The position numbers and the translations under genes were made by a program. A stretch of DNA of 42,561 nt from a virus. Lineage: Duplodnaviria > Caudoviricetes. Position 1 is the stretch's first letter; every line of letters starts with the position of its first letter. The notes under the pieces were generated by a model. The model had not been told where the DNA came from. It saw nothing but the letters and a program-made list of their open reading frames with translations, and did not search any database. The stretch lies in IMG/VR virus record IMGVR_UViG_3300033076_000640, positions 1 through 42,561 of that record; one strand, given 5' to 3'. This document shows, piece by piece, positions 24,671-32,590 of this stretch.

Positions 24671-26752
24671 ATGGCTGCATTACTGGATCTCGGCTGGTTT
24701 TCCGTCCTGACCTCGAGCGGCGCGCTCGCAGCGGGCGCGAAGCTCTACACCTATGAGGCCGGCACGACGACCGACCTTGCCACCTACAGCGATTCCGGCC
24801 TGACGATCGCCAACACAAACCCGGTCGTCGCTGACAGTGCTGGGCGGTTTGGGCCGATCTACCTGCAGGCGCAGGATTACCGGATCGTCTTGAAGACGGC
24901 GGCCGACGTCACCATTGCGACGCGCGATCCCGTGTCGGGTGCGGCCGACGCATCGTCCATGACGTTCACGCAGTCGGGCACGGGCGCAGTCGAGCAAACG
25001 GTGCAGGCCAAGCTGCGCCAGGTCGTCAACGTTAAGGATTTCGGCGCGGCATCGAACCTGACGACTGCGCAGAACAAAGCCAAGCTGCAGCTCGCGATCG
25101 CGGCCGTGAACGCGGCCGGCGGCGGTCAGATCATCGTCGACTATGACATCAACTACGGGGTCAAGACGCGCACCGCATCGACTTGGCCGGATTTTACCGG
25201 CGTCACTGCGCCGATCGTGATCGTGGACTATTCCGAGGGCGACACCTATGCGCCCGGCGTCTATCCGGCGATCTACGACGGGGCGCAGGTGCGCTACTGG
25301 ACGTTCACGCCGCAGACGACGACGCCAGGCAGCCACGACGGCAATACTCAGTGGCTGCGCGGCGCGTGGGCGCCGGCCTACTGCATCTCGGTCGACAGCA
25401 ACCTTGCGGCGGTTGGCAGTCCGGCGCGCACGGCGTCCGACAACTACCGCGCCTATTACGCGACGATGGTCGACGGCTCATGTTCGTGGCAGGTCGGTAA
25501 CGGCACGCTGGCGGGCGCTGCCTATACGAAGGAGGAACTCTCCAACTTCGTCATTGAGAAGTTCGACATCACCGGCGACACGATCGCGTCGAACTACACG
25601 CCCTATCTCGTTGAGCGGAAGACCGGCAACGTCAGCTATTCGGGCGGCCGCAACGCGCCGGGCGCGCATCACCATTTTGAAGCGACGACGGGCAGTCCGG
25701 CGCTCAATATCGGCATGTTCGAGTCCAAGTCGACAAGCGCGCGGTTGGTGCTTCGCAACTCCAACGGCTCGGGCGATGACATTGCGCTGCGCAACGTCTC
25801 GGGCGCGCTCTGGCTTGAGGTGCCGGCGCTGGGGTCGGTGCTGGAGGCCTCGAAGACCACGCGGAATGTCGGCATTGGCGTGACGCCGTCTTATCGGCTC
25901 GACGTGTCTGCATCGGTCGCCGACTATGCGTCGCGGATCGTCAATCTGGATGCGTCCAATCCCTACATTGCGCGATGGGAGGGCACGGGCGCGGCGGGTT
26001 CGGGCTGGACGTTCCTGGAGGCATATTCAAGCGCAGGCGCCGACAAGGAGTTTCAGCTTCGCGGCGACGGCAACGGCACCTGCGACGGGTCCTGGACGGG
26101 TGGCGGCGCGGACTATGCCGAGTATTTCGAATGGGCAGACGGCAACCCGGGCGGCGAAGACCGGCGTGGCGTATCGGTCGTGCTAGTCGGCGACAAGATT
26201 CGGCCTGCGGTTGCGGGCGACATGCCGATCGGCGTGGTGTCTGGCAATCCATCGGTCGTCGGCGACGCCGCGCCGTTCCGCTGGGCTGGCAAGTACCTGC
26301 GCGACGAGTACGGCACGCTCCTGACGGAAACCTATGAGACGGTTCGCTGGATTGAACGTGTGCTCGTCGAGGATGCGATCGAGGGCACGCCCGATCACAT
26401 TTTCACGCGCACGGTTGATACCGACGAAGGGCCGCGACAGGTAACGACGGTCTACAAGGGGCGAGAGGCCGAACCCGCGCGCTATCGCGAGGTCGTGCAT
26501 AGCTATCCGGTCGACGCTGTGCCTGCTGGTTTGTCGCCGCCTGACGATGCCAAGCGCGCCACGGGGACGCGTCGGGTGCTCAATCCGCAGTGGAGCGGCG
26601 ACGAAGACTATGTGCCGCGCGCCGACAGGCCGGAATGGGCATGCGTGGGCCTCGTTGGGAAGTTGCGGGTCCGCAAAGGCCAGCCAGTTGATCCTCGCTG
26701 GATTCAGATGCGCGAGGTGTCCGCCAACGTCGACGAATGGCTGGTGCGCTGA
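24671..26752 (+). CDS. Tailspike/tail fibre with N-terminal head-binding domain and C-terminal peptidase G2-type intramolecular chaperone
   Basis: GAKLYTYEAGTTT...NTNPVVADSAGR; VNVKDFGA; C-terminal GADYAEYFEW...IGVVS..P...YVPR..RPEW..VGLVGK. Confidence 0.85.
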   Translation: MAALLDLGWFSVLTSSGALAAGAKLYTYEAGTTTDLATYSDSGLTIANTNPVVADSAGRFGPIYLQAQDYRIVLKTAADVTIATRDPVSGAADASSMTFTQSGTGAVEQTVQAKLRQVVNVKDFGAASNLTTAQNKAKLQLAIAAVNAAGGGQIIVDYDINYGVKTRTASTWPDFTGVTAPIVIVDYSEGDTYAPGVYPAIYDGAQVRYWTFTPQTTTPGSHDGNTQWLRGAWAPAYCISVDSNLAAVGSPARTASDNYRAYYATMVDGSCSWQVGNGTLAGAAYTKEELSNFVIEKFDITGDTIASNYTPYLVERKTGNVSYSGGRNAPGAHHHFEATTGSPALNIGMFESKSTSARLVLRNSNGSGDDIALRNVSGALWLEVPALGSVLEASKTTRNVGIGVTPSYRLDVSASVADYASRIVNLDASNPYIARWEGTGAAGSGWTFLEAYSSAGADKEFQLRGDGNGTCDGSWTGGGADYAEYFEWADGNPGGEDRRGVSVVLVGDKIRPAVAGDMPIGVVSGNPSVVGDAAPFRWAGKYLRDEYGTLLTETYETVRWIERVLVEDAIEGTPDHIFTRTVDTDEGPRQVTTVYKGREAEPARYREVVHSYPVDAVPAGLSPPDDAKRATGTRRVLNPQWSGDEDYVPRADRPEWACVGLVGKLRVRKGQPVDPRWIQMREVSANVDEWLVR

Positions 26753-26866
26753 TGGACGACAACCGCGCCACCGAAATCGCGGCGACTGTGTCGGGCGGCG
26801 GACTCGTTGTCGGCCAACTGGATCGCGCTGAACTGACCACCCCCAAGGCTTAGAAGGAGCCAGACC

Positions 26867-26947
26867 ATGAGCGGCGGAACGACACCCCCGGGCACGAACC
26901 GGACGAGTAAGCCGAAGCCGGTAAAGCCGACGAAGCCGAGCAAGTAG
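26867..26947 (+). CDS. 26-aa Lys/Pro-rich micropeptide
   Basis: AAGGAG SD; MSGGTTPPGTNRTSKPKPVKPTKPSK; the stop lies 1 nt before the next gene. Confidence 0.55.
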   Translation: MSGGTTPPGTNRTSKPKPVKPTKPSK

Positions 26948-26948
26948 G

Positions 26949-27416
26949 GTGACGCCCTACCTGATCGGGCTGGCGCTATGCGTGGCGCTTGTCTTCTTCA
27001 GCACCGAAGACAGGCGAGCGCACCGGGTCGCGATCGTGCTGGCCGGCAACTTCATCGCAAATGAGCTCTACTACCGCGCCACGGGTGAAGCCGCGGCGTG
27101 GTGGTGGTTCCTGTTCGTCGATGCGGTGTCAGCCTGGCTCGTGCTCGCCCGTCCGGTTGGCCGGGTTCAGGTCTACATCGGGTTCACCTATCTCGTGCAG
27201 ATCGGCATTCACTGGGCCTACGCGCTCGTGAGCGACACCTCGGTCGCCTACGAATACTGGCTCTACCTGACGTCGATCGCGTGGGCGCAGCTGGTGCTGC
27301 TTGGAGGATGGGCGGGCCATGACGTTTGGCGGCGCACTCGCGGTCTCGGCGCTGTTCATCGCCGTGTTGATCCCGCTCATTCAACGCTGGGCGTCAGCGA
27401 TGGCGGCCCGAAATGA
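26949..27416 (+). CDS. Polytopic membrane protein (about 5 hydrophobic segments)
   Basis: Several hydrophobic stretches; first large gene of the lysis region. Confidence 0.75.
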   Translation: MTPYLIGLALCVALVFFSTEDRRAHRVAIVLAGNFIANELYYRATGEAAAWWWFLFVDAVSAWLVLARPVGRVQVYIGFTYLVQIGIHWAYALVSDTSVAYEYWLYLTSIAWAQLVLLGGWAGHDVWRRTRGLGAVHRRVDPAHSTLGVSDGGPK

Positions 27417-27637
27417 GCGAGCAGACGAACGCCCGGACCAATAGGGGCTTCTTCGAGCCGGCCGTCGTCATGTCGATCCTGACCATCGTGGTGTCGGGTG
27501 CGACAACCTACGGCGGCCTGATGGCACGCATGACGGCGCTCGAGCAGCAGCATCGGGATCTGAAGGACGTGCCGGTGCAGCTGGCGCGGATCGATGCGCG
27601 GCTGTCGCGGATGGAGGAGGAGCGGCATGACGATTGA
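27413..27637 (+). CDS. Single-TM coiled-coil lysis-region protein (holin/antiholin-like)
   Basis: One TM segment followed by LARIDARLSRME; directly upstream of the endolysin. Confidence 0.6.
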   Translation: MSEQTNARTNRGFFEPAVVMSILTIVVSGATTYGGLMARMTALEQQHRDLKDVPVQLARIDARLSRMEEERHDD

Positions 27638-28130
27638 GCCTGCATGGGTCGAGCGCGCGCGGCGGAACCTTGGCGTGAAGGAGACGCCGGGGCCGGTGTC
27701 GACCGCGTCCATCCTCAAGTATCGCATCATGGGCAAGTGCCTGCTGAAAGGCGACGACGGCGATGTGCCGTGGTGCGCGATCTTCTGCAACGCCATGCTC
27801 GAGGCGGTCGGCATCAAGGGCACGCGGTCTGCGATGGCGCGGTCGTTTTCGCGCTGGGGGCAGGACTGCACGGTCACGAAGATCCCGCTTGGCGCGGTCG
27901 TGGTGCTGTCGTCGACGCGCGGGCCAGCGTCTGGGCATGTCGGCTTCGCGGTCGCGCTGTCACCGACGCATGTCTGGCTGCTGGGCGGCAATCAGGGCGA
28001 TGCGGTGTCGGTGGCGCCGTTCAAGCGCTCGCGGATCGTCGCGGTGCGCTGGCCGGATGGCGGGCCTGTTCCGACGGGCATGTCGACGAACAAGGTGGCG
28101 TCGGTGCAGCGCGAGGTGAGCGACGCATGA
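27627..28130 (+). CDS. Endolysin, TIGR02594-type NlpC/P60/CHAP-like peptidase
   Basis: PWCAIFCN catalytic Cys, GHVGF His, LGGNQGD, RWP. Confidence 0.88.
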   Translation: MTIEPAWVERARRNLGVKETPGPVSTASILKYRIMGKCLLKGDDGDVPWCAIFCNAMLEAVGIKGTRSAMARSFSRWGQDCTVTKIPLGAVVVLSSTRGPASGHVGFAVALSPTHVWLLGGNQGDAVSVAPFKRSRIVAVRWPDGGPVPTGMSTNKVASVQREVSDA

Positions 28131-28255
28131 CCGCTCGCGAGCAACACGCGGCGCTCGTCGCGACGGCGCACCGCATCTCGGCCCGGCACGGCGCGCCGTT
28201 CTACGTGATGCGCCCGGCGAACGACAACTGGATCGACGAAGAGGATGGGGCATGA
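28127..28255 (+). CDS. 42-aa hypothetical protein
   Basis: ATGA-coupled at both ends; GAGG SD. Confidence 0.5.
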   Translation: MTAREQHAALVATAHRISARHGAPFYVMRPANDNWIDEEDGA

Positions 28256-28467
28256 CGACCGACCGACACACGCTGGTCGCCTATCTCGCGACGCTCGTCA
28301 CGCTCGTCGTGGTGCTCGTCTCGGGGCTGGTCGCAGCGATCTTCGCGCCGAACCTGATTGGCAAGATCGAGGCGTTCGGCTTCGGCACCGTAACCGGCGG
28401 GCTCATTGGCCTGGCCGGCACATTCCGCCCGCGCACGAATGCGCAAACTGATGGAGGTGCGTCATGA
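28252..28467 (+). CDS. Two-TM holin-like protein
   Basis: Two hydrophobic helices in 71 aa; lies in the lysis cassette. Confidence 0.65.
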   Translation: MTTDRHTLVAYLATLVTLVVVLVSGLVAAIFAPNLIGKIEAFGFGTVTGGLIGLAGTFRPRTNAQTDGGAS

Positions 28468-28613
28468 AGATCCCCGGCCTGTTGAAGAAGAAGCGCGTGC
28501 TCGTGCCGCTGGCGACGTTGGCGCTTGGCGCGCTTGGTGTTGCCAATCCCGGCCCGATCGTGTCCGCGGCGGCTGTGGCTGTCGACGCGCTCAAGGGTCA
28601 TTCGCCGCAGTAG
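28464..28613 (+). CDS. 49-aa cationic/hydrophobic peptide
   Basis: Translated by hand: MKIPGLLKKKRVLVPLATLALGALGVANPGPIVSAAAVAVDALKGHSPQ; GGAGG SD; ATGA overlap. Confidence 0.65.
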   Translation: MKIPGLLKKKRVLVPLATLALGALGVANPGPIVSAAAVAVDALKGHSPQ

Positions 28614-28644
28614 CGTCCCGCGTTCACTCCCCCGATCTCGAACT

Positions 28645-28675
28645 CCCGCCGCCGGGTGACTGGCGGCGGGTTTTT
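28645..28675 (+). terminator. Rho-independent terminator of the late operon
   Basis: CCCGCCGCC/GGCGGCGGG stem followed by TTTTT. Confidence 0.9.
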
Positions 28676-28722
28676 CGTGGGCGCGAAACAGTGATTCGCA
28701 ACTGTGTCGCAAATCTGCGCCT

Positions 28723-28737
28723 GTTCCTGTCCCGTTC
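28723..28737. promoter_or_regulatory. Alphaproteobacterial LexA-type box in the left attP arm
   Basis: GTTC-ctgtccc-GTTC. Confidence 0.55.
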
Positions 28738-28795
28738 GCGGATTTCGTGCGCTGTCGCACTAGGACAAAGCCTCTGGATCGCGCATGTCCTTACC

Positions 28796-28840
28796 TTTAC
28801 ACCGAGAGGGTCGGCGGTTCGAGCCCGTCACCGCCCACCA
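28796..28840 (+). other. attP: attP core = 3' half of tRNA-Val(TAC)
   Basis: TTTACAC anticodon loop, CGAGA, GGCGG-TTCGAGC-CCGTC T-arm, CCGCCC-A-CCA; the 5' half is absent; adjacent to the integrase 3' end. Confidence 0.9.
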
Positions 28841-28855
28841 CGATAAGCCTCTGCA

Positions 28856-30073
28856 TTATAGTGCATTTCCGTCGCGCAGAACAACGCGCGTCGGGCCGCT
28901 GCGGTTGCCAGTGTGTCGCTGGTGATTCGCAGACCATGAACGGGCCGCGAACATCGCCTCCAGCCACACCGCGTCGATGGCGCTGCGAGCCTCTGCCAGA
29001 TAGGTCGGGTCGTAGTGCGCGTACCGGCCGGATGTCGCGTTGTCGAACTGGTGCCCGAGCAGCCCGGCGATGTCGTCTTTCGGCACCTTCCGGCGGCGCA
29101 GTTCGGTCGCCATCGTGTGGCGGATCGTCTTCGGCACGATCTCGGCGGGCAGATCGAGCGCCGCGCGCATCGTGCGCCAGCGTCGTTTCATGCTGGCGAT
29201 CGGGCGGCCGTCGCGGGCTTGGCCGGCGATCCTCACCTGCAGCCAGTCGCCCCAGAACAGCGGCACGGGCACGACGGGGTTGCGCTTCTTGGTGCGAGCC
29301 GCGCCTTTCGGGTGCGTGTCGTAGAGGCCGCCTGCCTTCAACTGGTCGGCGACGCGCCATTTCAGCACGGCGTCTGGGCGGGCGGCGGTCGCGATCTGGT
29401 CGACGATGAAGAACAGCAGGGGCGGGTCGTCGAGCGCGTATCCGAGCATGGCGCCCAGCTGGTCGATGGTCAGCACGATGTCGCGCGGTGGCGAGCGGTC
29501 TTCGGACGGCACGGCGGGCACCTTGGGGGCGTAGGGCAGTCGGCCCTGCTTGACCTGCCAGTTGAGCGCCGATCGCACGTCGTCGAGGTTTCGCTGGATC
29601 GCCTCGCCTGAGACGCCGGCGCTGCTCCACGTCATGACCTTGCCGCCCCACGGGATGGAGTAGCCGTGCGGACCTTTGCGCCATTCGCGGAATCGGGTGA
29701 AGACGTCGCCGGTCAGCTTGGCGACGGTCACGCGGTCGCCTGTCTTTCTGTCCTGGCGAAGGAAAGCGATGAACTGGCGCAGGCTGCTGGCGATCTGTCC
29801 GCGGCTGTGTGCCTTGCTGCCGCGCTCTTTCCAGTAGAGCAGCAGCAGCGGCACCGCGGCGGCGTCCATCGGATCCTGCCGGCCTTCGGCGCGCTGGGCC
29901 TCAACGAAGGCGTGAATGGCGGCCTTCGCGTCGTCTAGATCGACGCAAGCAGTTGATCGGTTGCGCGTCGTGCGAGTTGCGGCGTCATACCAGCGGATTT
30001 GGTAGAAGGGGCTTTCGGCGCGCTGGTCCAGCCAGTGGTCGCCGACTTGGTAGATGGGCCGCTTTCGGCGCAT
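28856..30073 (-). CDS. int: Tyrosine integrase
   Basis: TAARPDA (catalytic Arg), RTKK, PKTIRHTMAT, LLGH, GRYAHY (catalytic Tyr). Confidence 0.93.
   Translation of the reverse strand: MRRKRPIYQVGDHWLDQRAESPFYQIRWYDAATRTTRNRSTACVDLDDAKAAIHAFVEAQRAEGRQDPMDAAAVPLLLLYWKERGSKAHSRGQIASSLRQFIAFLRQDRKTGDRVTVAKLTGDVFTRFREWRKGPHGYSIPWGGKVMTWSSAGVSGEAIQRNLDDVRSALNWQVKQGRLPYAPKVPAVPSEDRSPPRDIVLTIDQLGAMLGYALDDPPLLFFIVDQIATAARPDAVLKWRVADQLKAGGLYDTHPKGAARTKKRNPVVPVPLFWGDWLQVRIAGQARDGRPIASMKRRWRTMRAALDLPAEIVPKTIRHTMATELRRRKVPKDDIAGLLGHQFDNATSGRYAHYDPTYLAEARSAIDAVWLEAMFAARSWSANHQRHTGNRSGPTRVVLRDGNAL
28938..28952. promoter_or_regulatory. LexA-type box in the right attP arm (within the int 3' end)
   Basis: GAAC-gggccgc-GAAC. 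Confidence 0.45.
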
Positions 30074-30228
30074 TTCGCCCTCATGTGTTCGAGCTCGGCC
30101 TCGAGCAGCGCGTCCATACCGCCGGCCGACACGAATGTCTGGATGTCTTCGAAGGTCAGCCGCGTGCCCTGCTGATTCCGAACGGCGCGGCGGAACTTGT
30201 CAACCAGGTCGGGCAGCGGCGCGCTCAT
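29935..30228 (-). CDS. Small protein overlapping the int 5' end (excisionase position)
   Basis: GGAG SD; ATGA coupling; 139-nt out-of-frame overlap with int. Confidence 0.55.
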   Translation of the reverse strand: MSAPLPDLVDKFRRAVRNQQGTRLTFEDIQTFVSAGGMDALLEAELEHMRAKCAESGPSTKSATTGWTSAPKAPSTKSAGMTPQLARRATDQLLASI

Positions 30229-30482
30229 TGCGGCTCCCCTGTGGGTGGGGTGTGCGAACATGCCGGGCAGACATCCGCCATGCGCTCGTCATCGCGCGCC
30301 CAGCCGAGCAACACCGCCTGACCCCGGATGTCCTCGCGCTGCCAGCCGGTCAGCCGTTCGGTCTGTCCGCAGGCGCAGGCGAGGTGCGCCACCCAATAGC
30401 GGTAAGGCTCGTCGCGCTCGCCCCACAACGCGACGCATGCGTCTTGGCGGGGATGCGTCACGCGCTCACACGTGTGCATCAT
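30225..30482 (-). CDS. Small Cys-rich hypothetical protein
   Basis: CxC and CxxC motifs; part of the coupled operon. Confidence 0.6.
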   Translation of the reverse strand: MMHTCERVTHPRQDACVALWGERDEPYRYWVAHLACACGQTERLTGWQREDIRGQAVLLGWARDDERMADVCPACSHTPPTGEPQ

Positions 30483-30861
30483 CGCCTCCCTCGGTCATGT
30501 GCGCGTCGCGCTCGATGGCGTCGGCGGGTGGGGTGGGGAGGGGTCGCCATGCGTCGGGCGTCACCAGTAACGACGCCCCGCCGGGCCTTGTCCAACTCCC
30601 AAGATGGCAACAAAACTCGCCAACGTTGCCGTTGAACGCCAGCAGCACCCGCGTCCCATCCTTCGCCGCGCTGTCCATGCTCCGCCACCCGTCCTGACCG
30701 GCTGCGGTGAGTGCTGCGAGGGCGGCTTGGACGACGTTGCTGTCGTCGTCGCGTCCGGCAAGGATGTCTTCGGAGACGATGTAAAAGCCTCTGTCGGCCA
30801 TCACCTTTGCCGCAATCTCCCGCGCCTTCGCCAGCATCTCGGCGTTCTGCTCAACCTGCAT
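30466..30861 (-). CDS. DUF551-like accessory protein
   Basis: WRSMDSAAKDGTRVLL...PDAWRPLPTPP. Confidence 0.7.
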   Translation of the reverse strand: MQVEQNAEMLAKAREIAAKVMADRGFYIVSEDILAGRDDDSNVVQAALAALTAAGQDGWRSMDSAAKDGTRVLLAFNGNVGEFCCHLGSWTRPGGASLLVTPDAWRPLPTPPADAIERDAHMTEGGDDAHV

Positions 30862-31303
30862 CTGTGGTCCTTTCGATGTGAGCGCGGACTGCGAGGCCGG
30901 TGGCGTTGTAGAAGTGCCACAGCTTCCAATCGCGCCCGTCGCCCGCGTAATGGGCCTCGCTGCCCCCGAACCAGTGCCTGGTCGCAGGCCAAATGATGCC
31001 GTCGCCAAGATCAACCGCGTTGTCTGCTTCAATGAAGAAGCACTCCAGCATCGCGTCCCATTGTTCGGGCGTGACCGGATGGCGCTCTAGGGTTGGCGGG
31101 TAGGCCAACAGATAAGCGCGCTGGACGGGCGTGATCCGCGACGCAACAAGCGCCACAACGCCCGGTTCGGGCACGCGGCAGTTGGCGCAAGGCCAGCGGT
31201 CAGGCGAGCCTTCATATTCGTGGTAGCCTTTGCCGGCGCACGACGGGCAGGAAAGGCGCTGCGCCTCCGTCAGCCCCGCTGCGATCTTGCGCACGTCATC
31301 CAT
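30851..31303 (-). CDS. Hypothetical protein with CxxCxGxG/CxxC zinc knuckle
   Basis: LTEAQR N-terminus, CPSCAGKG, CANC, TGLAVRAHI C-terminus. Confidence 0.65.
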   Translation of the reverse strand: MDDVRKIAAGLTEAQRLSCPSCAGKGYHEYEGSPDRWPCANCRVPEPGVVALVASRITPVQRAYLLAYPPTLERHPVTPEQWDAMLECFFIEADNAVDLGDGIIWPATRHWFGGSEAHYAGDGRDWKLWHFYNATGLAVRAHIERTTDAG

Positions 31304-31628
31304 CTGTCCGGTCCTTGAGGTTCGCGAGGGCTGTGGCGAGCGGTTGCCAGTAAGCGGGCTTTCCGAGCAGCGGCGTCGTCTTGCGCGCCTCGCCCCAATA
31401 GCCGCCGTCCTTGGCGAAGAAGTACTGGCGGCGCGGACAGGCGCGGGCCTCGCGGCTCTTGAGTGCATCTGGGGTGATCCAGCGCCCGACCGTTTCGCGG
31501 GCGTCCAGCCACAGCCCGCGCCGGTTGCCCTTGGCGTGGTCGCCAATCATGCGCTTGCCGCCGTCGATCCACAGGCGGACGCGGGTGCCGTCAAGTGGGG
31601 CGGTGTCCATCGGTTGCCAGTCAGTCAT
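31296..31628 (-). CDS. DUF551-like accessory protein
   Basis: WQPMDTAPLDGTRVRLW...PAYWQPL. Confidence 0.7.
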   Translation of the reverse strand: MTDWQPMDTAPLDGTRVRLWIDGGKRMIGDHAKGNRRGLWLDARETVGRWITPDALKSREARACPRRQYFFAKDGGYWGEARKTTPLLGKPAYWQPLATALANLKDRTDG

Positions 31629-31791
31629 CGGTATCGTCCAGCAGGCTGTATTCTCGGCAGGAGTCCCCATAGCCGCCGTAGAACACCTCGTATTTGACCC
31701 ACTCCCACCACACCCACTGCTTGCCGATCCGGATAGGATACCAAGCGAAGTGCCGGTAGAAGCGCGGGCGAGGGGGTGCGTCCCAACGCAT
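31621..31791 (-). CDS. Small aromatic-rich protein
   Basis: FAWYPIRIGKQWVWWEWV; GGAGG SD. Confidence 0.6.
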   Translation of the reverse strand: MRWDAPPRPRFYRHFAWYPIRIGKQWVWWEWVKYEVFYGGYGDSCREYSLLDDTDD

Positions 31792-32051
31792 CAGCGGCCT
31801 CCGTCCTTCATGTTGGCGAGGGTGGTGGCGATATGCCGCTCTGCCAACTCCGGGTCGGCAGAAACGGGGCACGTCAGATAGTTGTGCGCCGTCTCCAGCG
31901 CCTCAATCGCATCGGCCCGCGCTGTGGCGAGGGCGGCCTCCAGTTCGGCGATCTTGGCGGCGGCTTCCTCCAGCAGTTCGGGTGTCTTGACCTCGCCACG
32001 GTCGCGGCAGAAGCGGGCGCGGCCTGTCAGCCGCTCGATCAGATCAGTCAT
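31791..32051 (-). CDS. Coiled-coil hypothetical protein
   Basis: MTDLIERL...LLEEAAAKIAELE; AAGGA SD (alternative start at 32114). Confidence 0.65.
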   Translation of the reverse strand: MTDLIERLTGRARFCRDRGEVKTPELLEEAAAKIAELEAALATARADAIEALETAHNYLTCPVSADPELAERHIATTLANMKDGGR

Positions 32052-32113
32052 TGTGGGTTCCTTTGCGAGCGCGGGCTGGTCCCAAAAGTCGTTGGGGTCG
32101 CATCCTTCCGGCA

Positions 32114-32590
32114 TCACGCCCCTCCTGCCCGAGCGCGGAGGGCGGCTGCGCACAGAGCGAGCGCGGGGGTGGAGGCATTGCCCCACCACGGCTGGCCGGG
32201 ATACGGATGCGGCGGCTCCACGAAGCAGCGCGGTCGCCCATCGCAGGTATCGACGCACCATCGCATCCCCTCCGGCACCAGCGACAGGGCGGCGTCGAGG
32301 GAGGCGGTGAAGTGCGGCACACGAAGAGCGTTCATCTTGACCCAAGCGTCGTCGCGCCAGATCAGAAGGCACTCGTCGTCGTCGGGCTTGCGGTCGCGGA
32401 AGAACCAATCTCGGTCCCTGCCGGGGAAGCGGAGGCCGAACGACCACGACGGATTGTCCTCGGGCCACAGGTAGCCGCTCGGTCCGCCGTCACCCTTCTG
32501 CCCGACCGGCTTGGCGAACAGGTCGAAGGCAATCTCCGCATCCAGTTCCCGGCTCGGCCCCTCGGCCTCGATGCGGTCGGGGAGGGTCAT
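32114..32590 (-). CDS. Phage ABA-sandwich-like accessory protein
   Basis: RELDAEIA...PHFTASLDAALSLVP...TPALALCAAAL. Confidence 0.65.
   Translation of the reverse strand: MTLPDRIEAEGPSRELDAEIAFDLFAKPVGQKGDGGPSGYLWPEDNPSWSFGLRFPGRDRDWFFRDRKPDDDECLLIWRDDAWVKMNALRVPHFTASLDAALSLVPEGMRWCVDTCDGRPRCFVEPPHPYPGQPWWGNASTPALALCAAALRARAGGA

Noticed and set aside
24671-26752. Diversity-generating retroelement or invertible tail-fibre cassette
   Set aside because: No reverse transcriptase, invertase or TR/VR duplicate was seen.
26752-26853. 33-aa ORF after the tailspike
   Set aside because: Coupled by TGATG but has no motif or clear SD; too little support to call as a gene.
28281-28760. Minus-strand ORF near the left attP LexA-type box
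   Set aside because: It crosses the terminator and runs antisense to the lysis genes with non-protein-like composition.
28765-28840. Complete tRNA-Val gene
   Set aside because: Only the anticodon loop through CCA is present. The upstream bases cannot form the acceptor, D or anticodon stems, so this is the att core.
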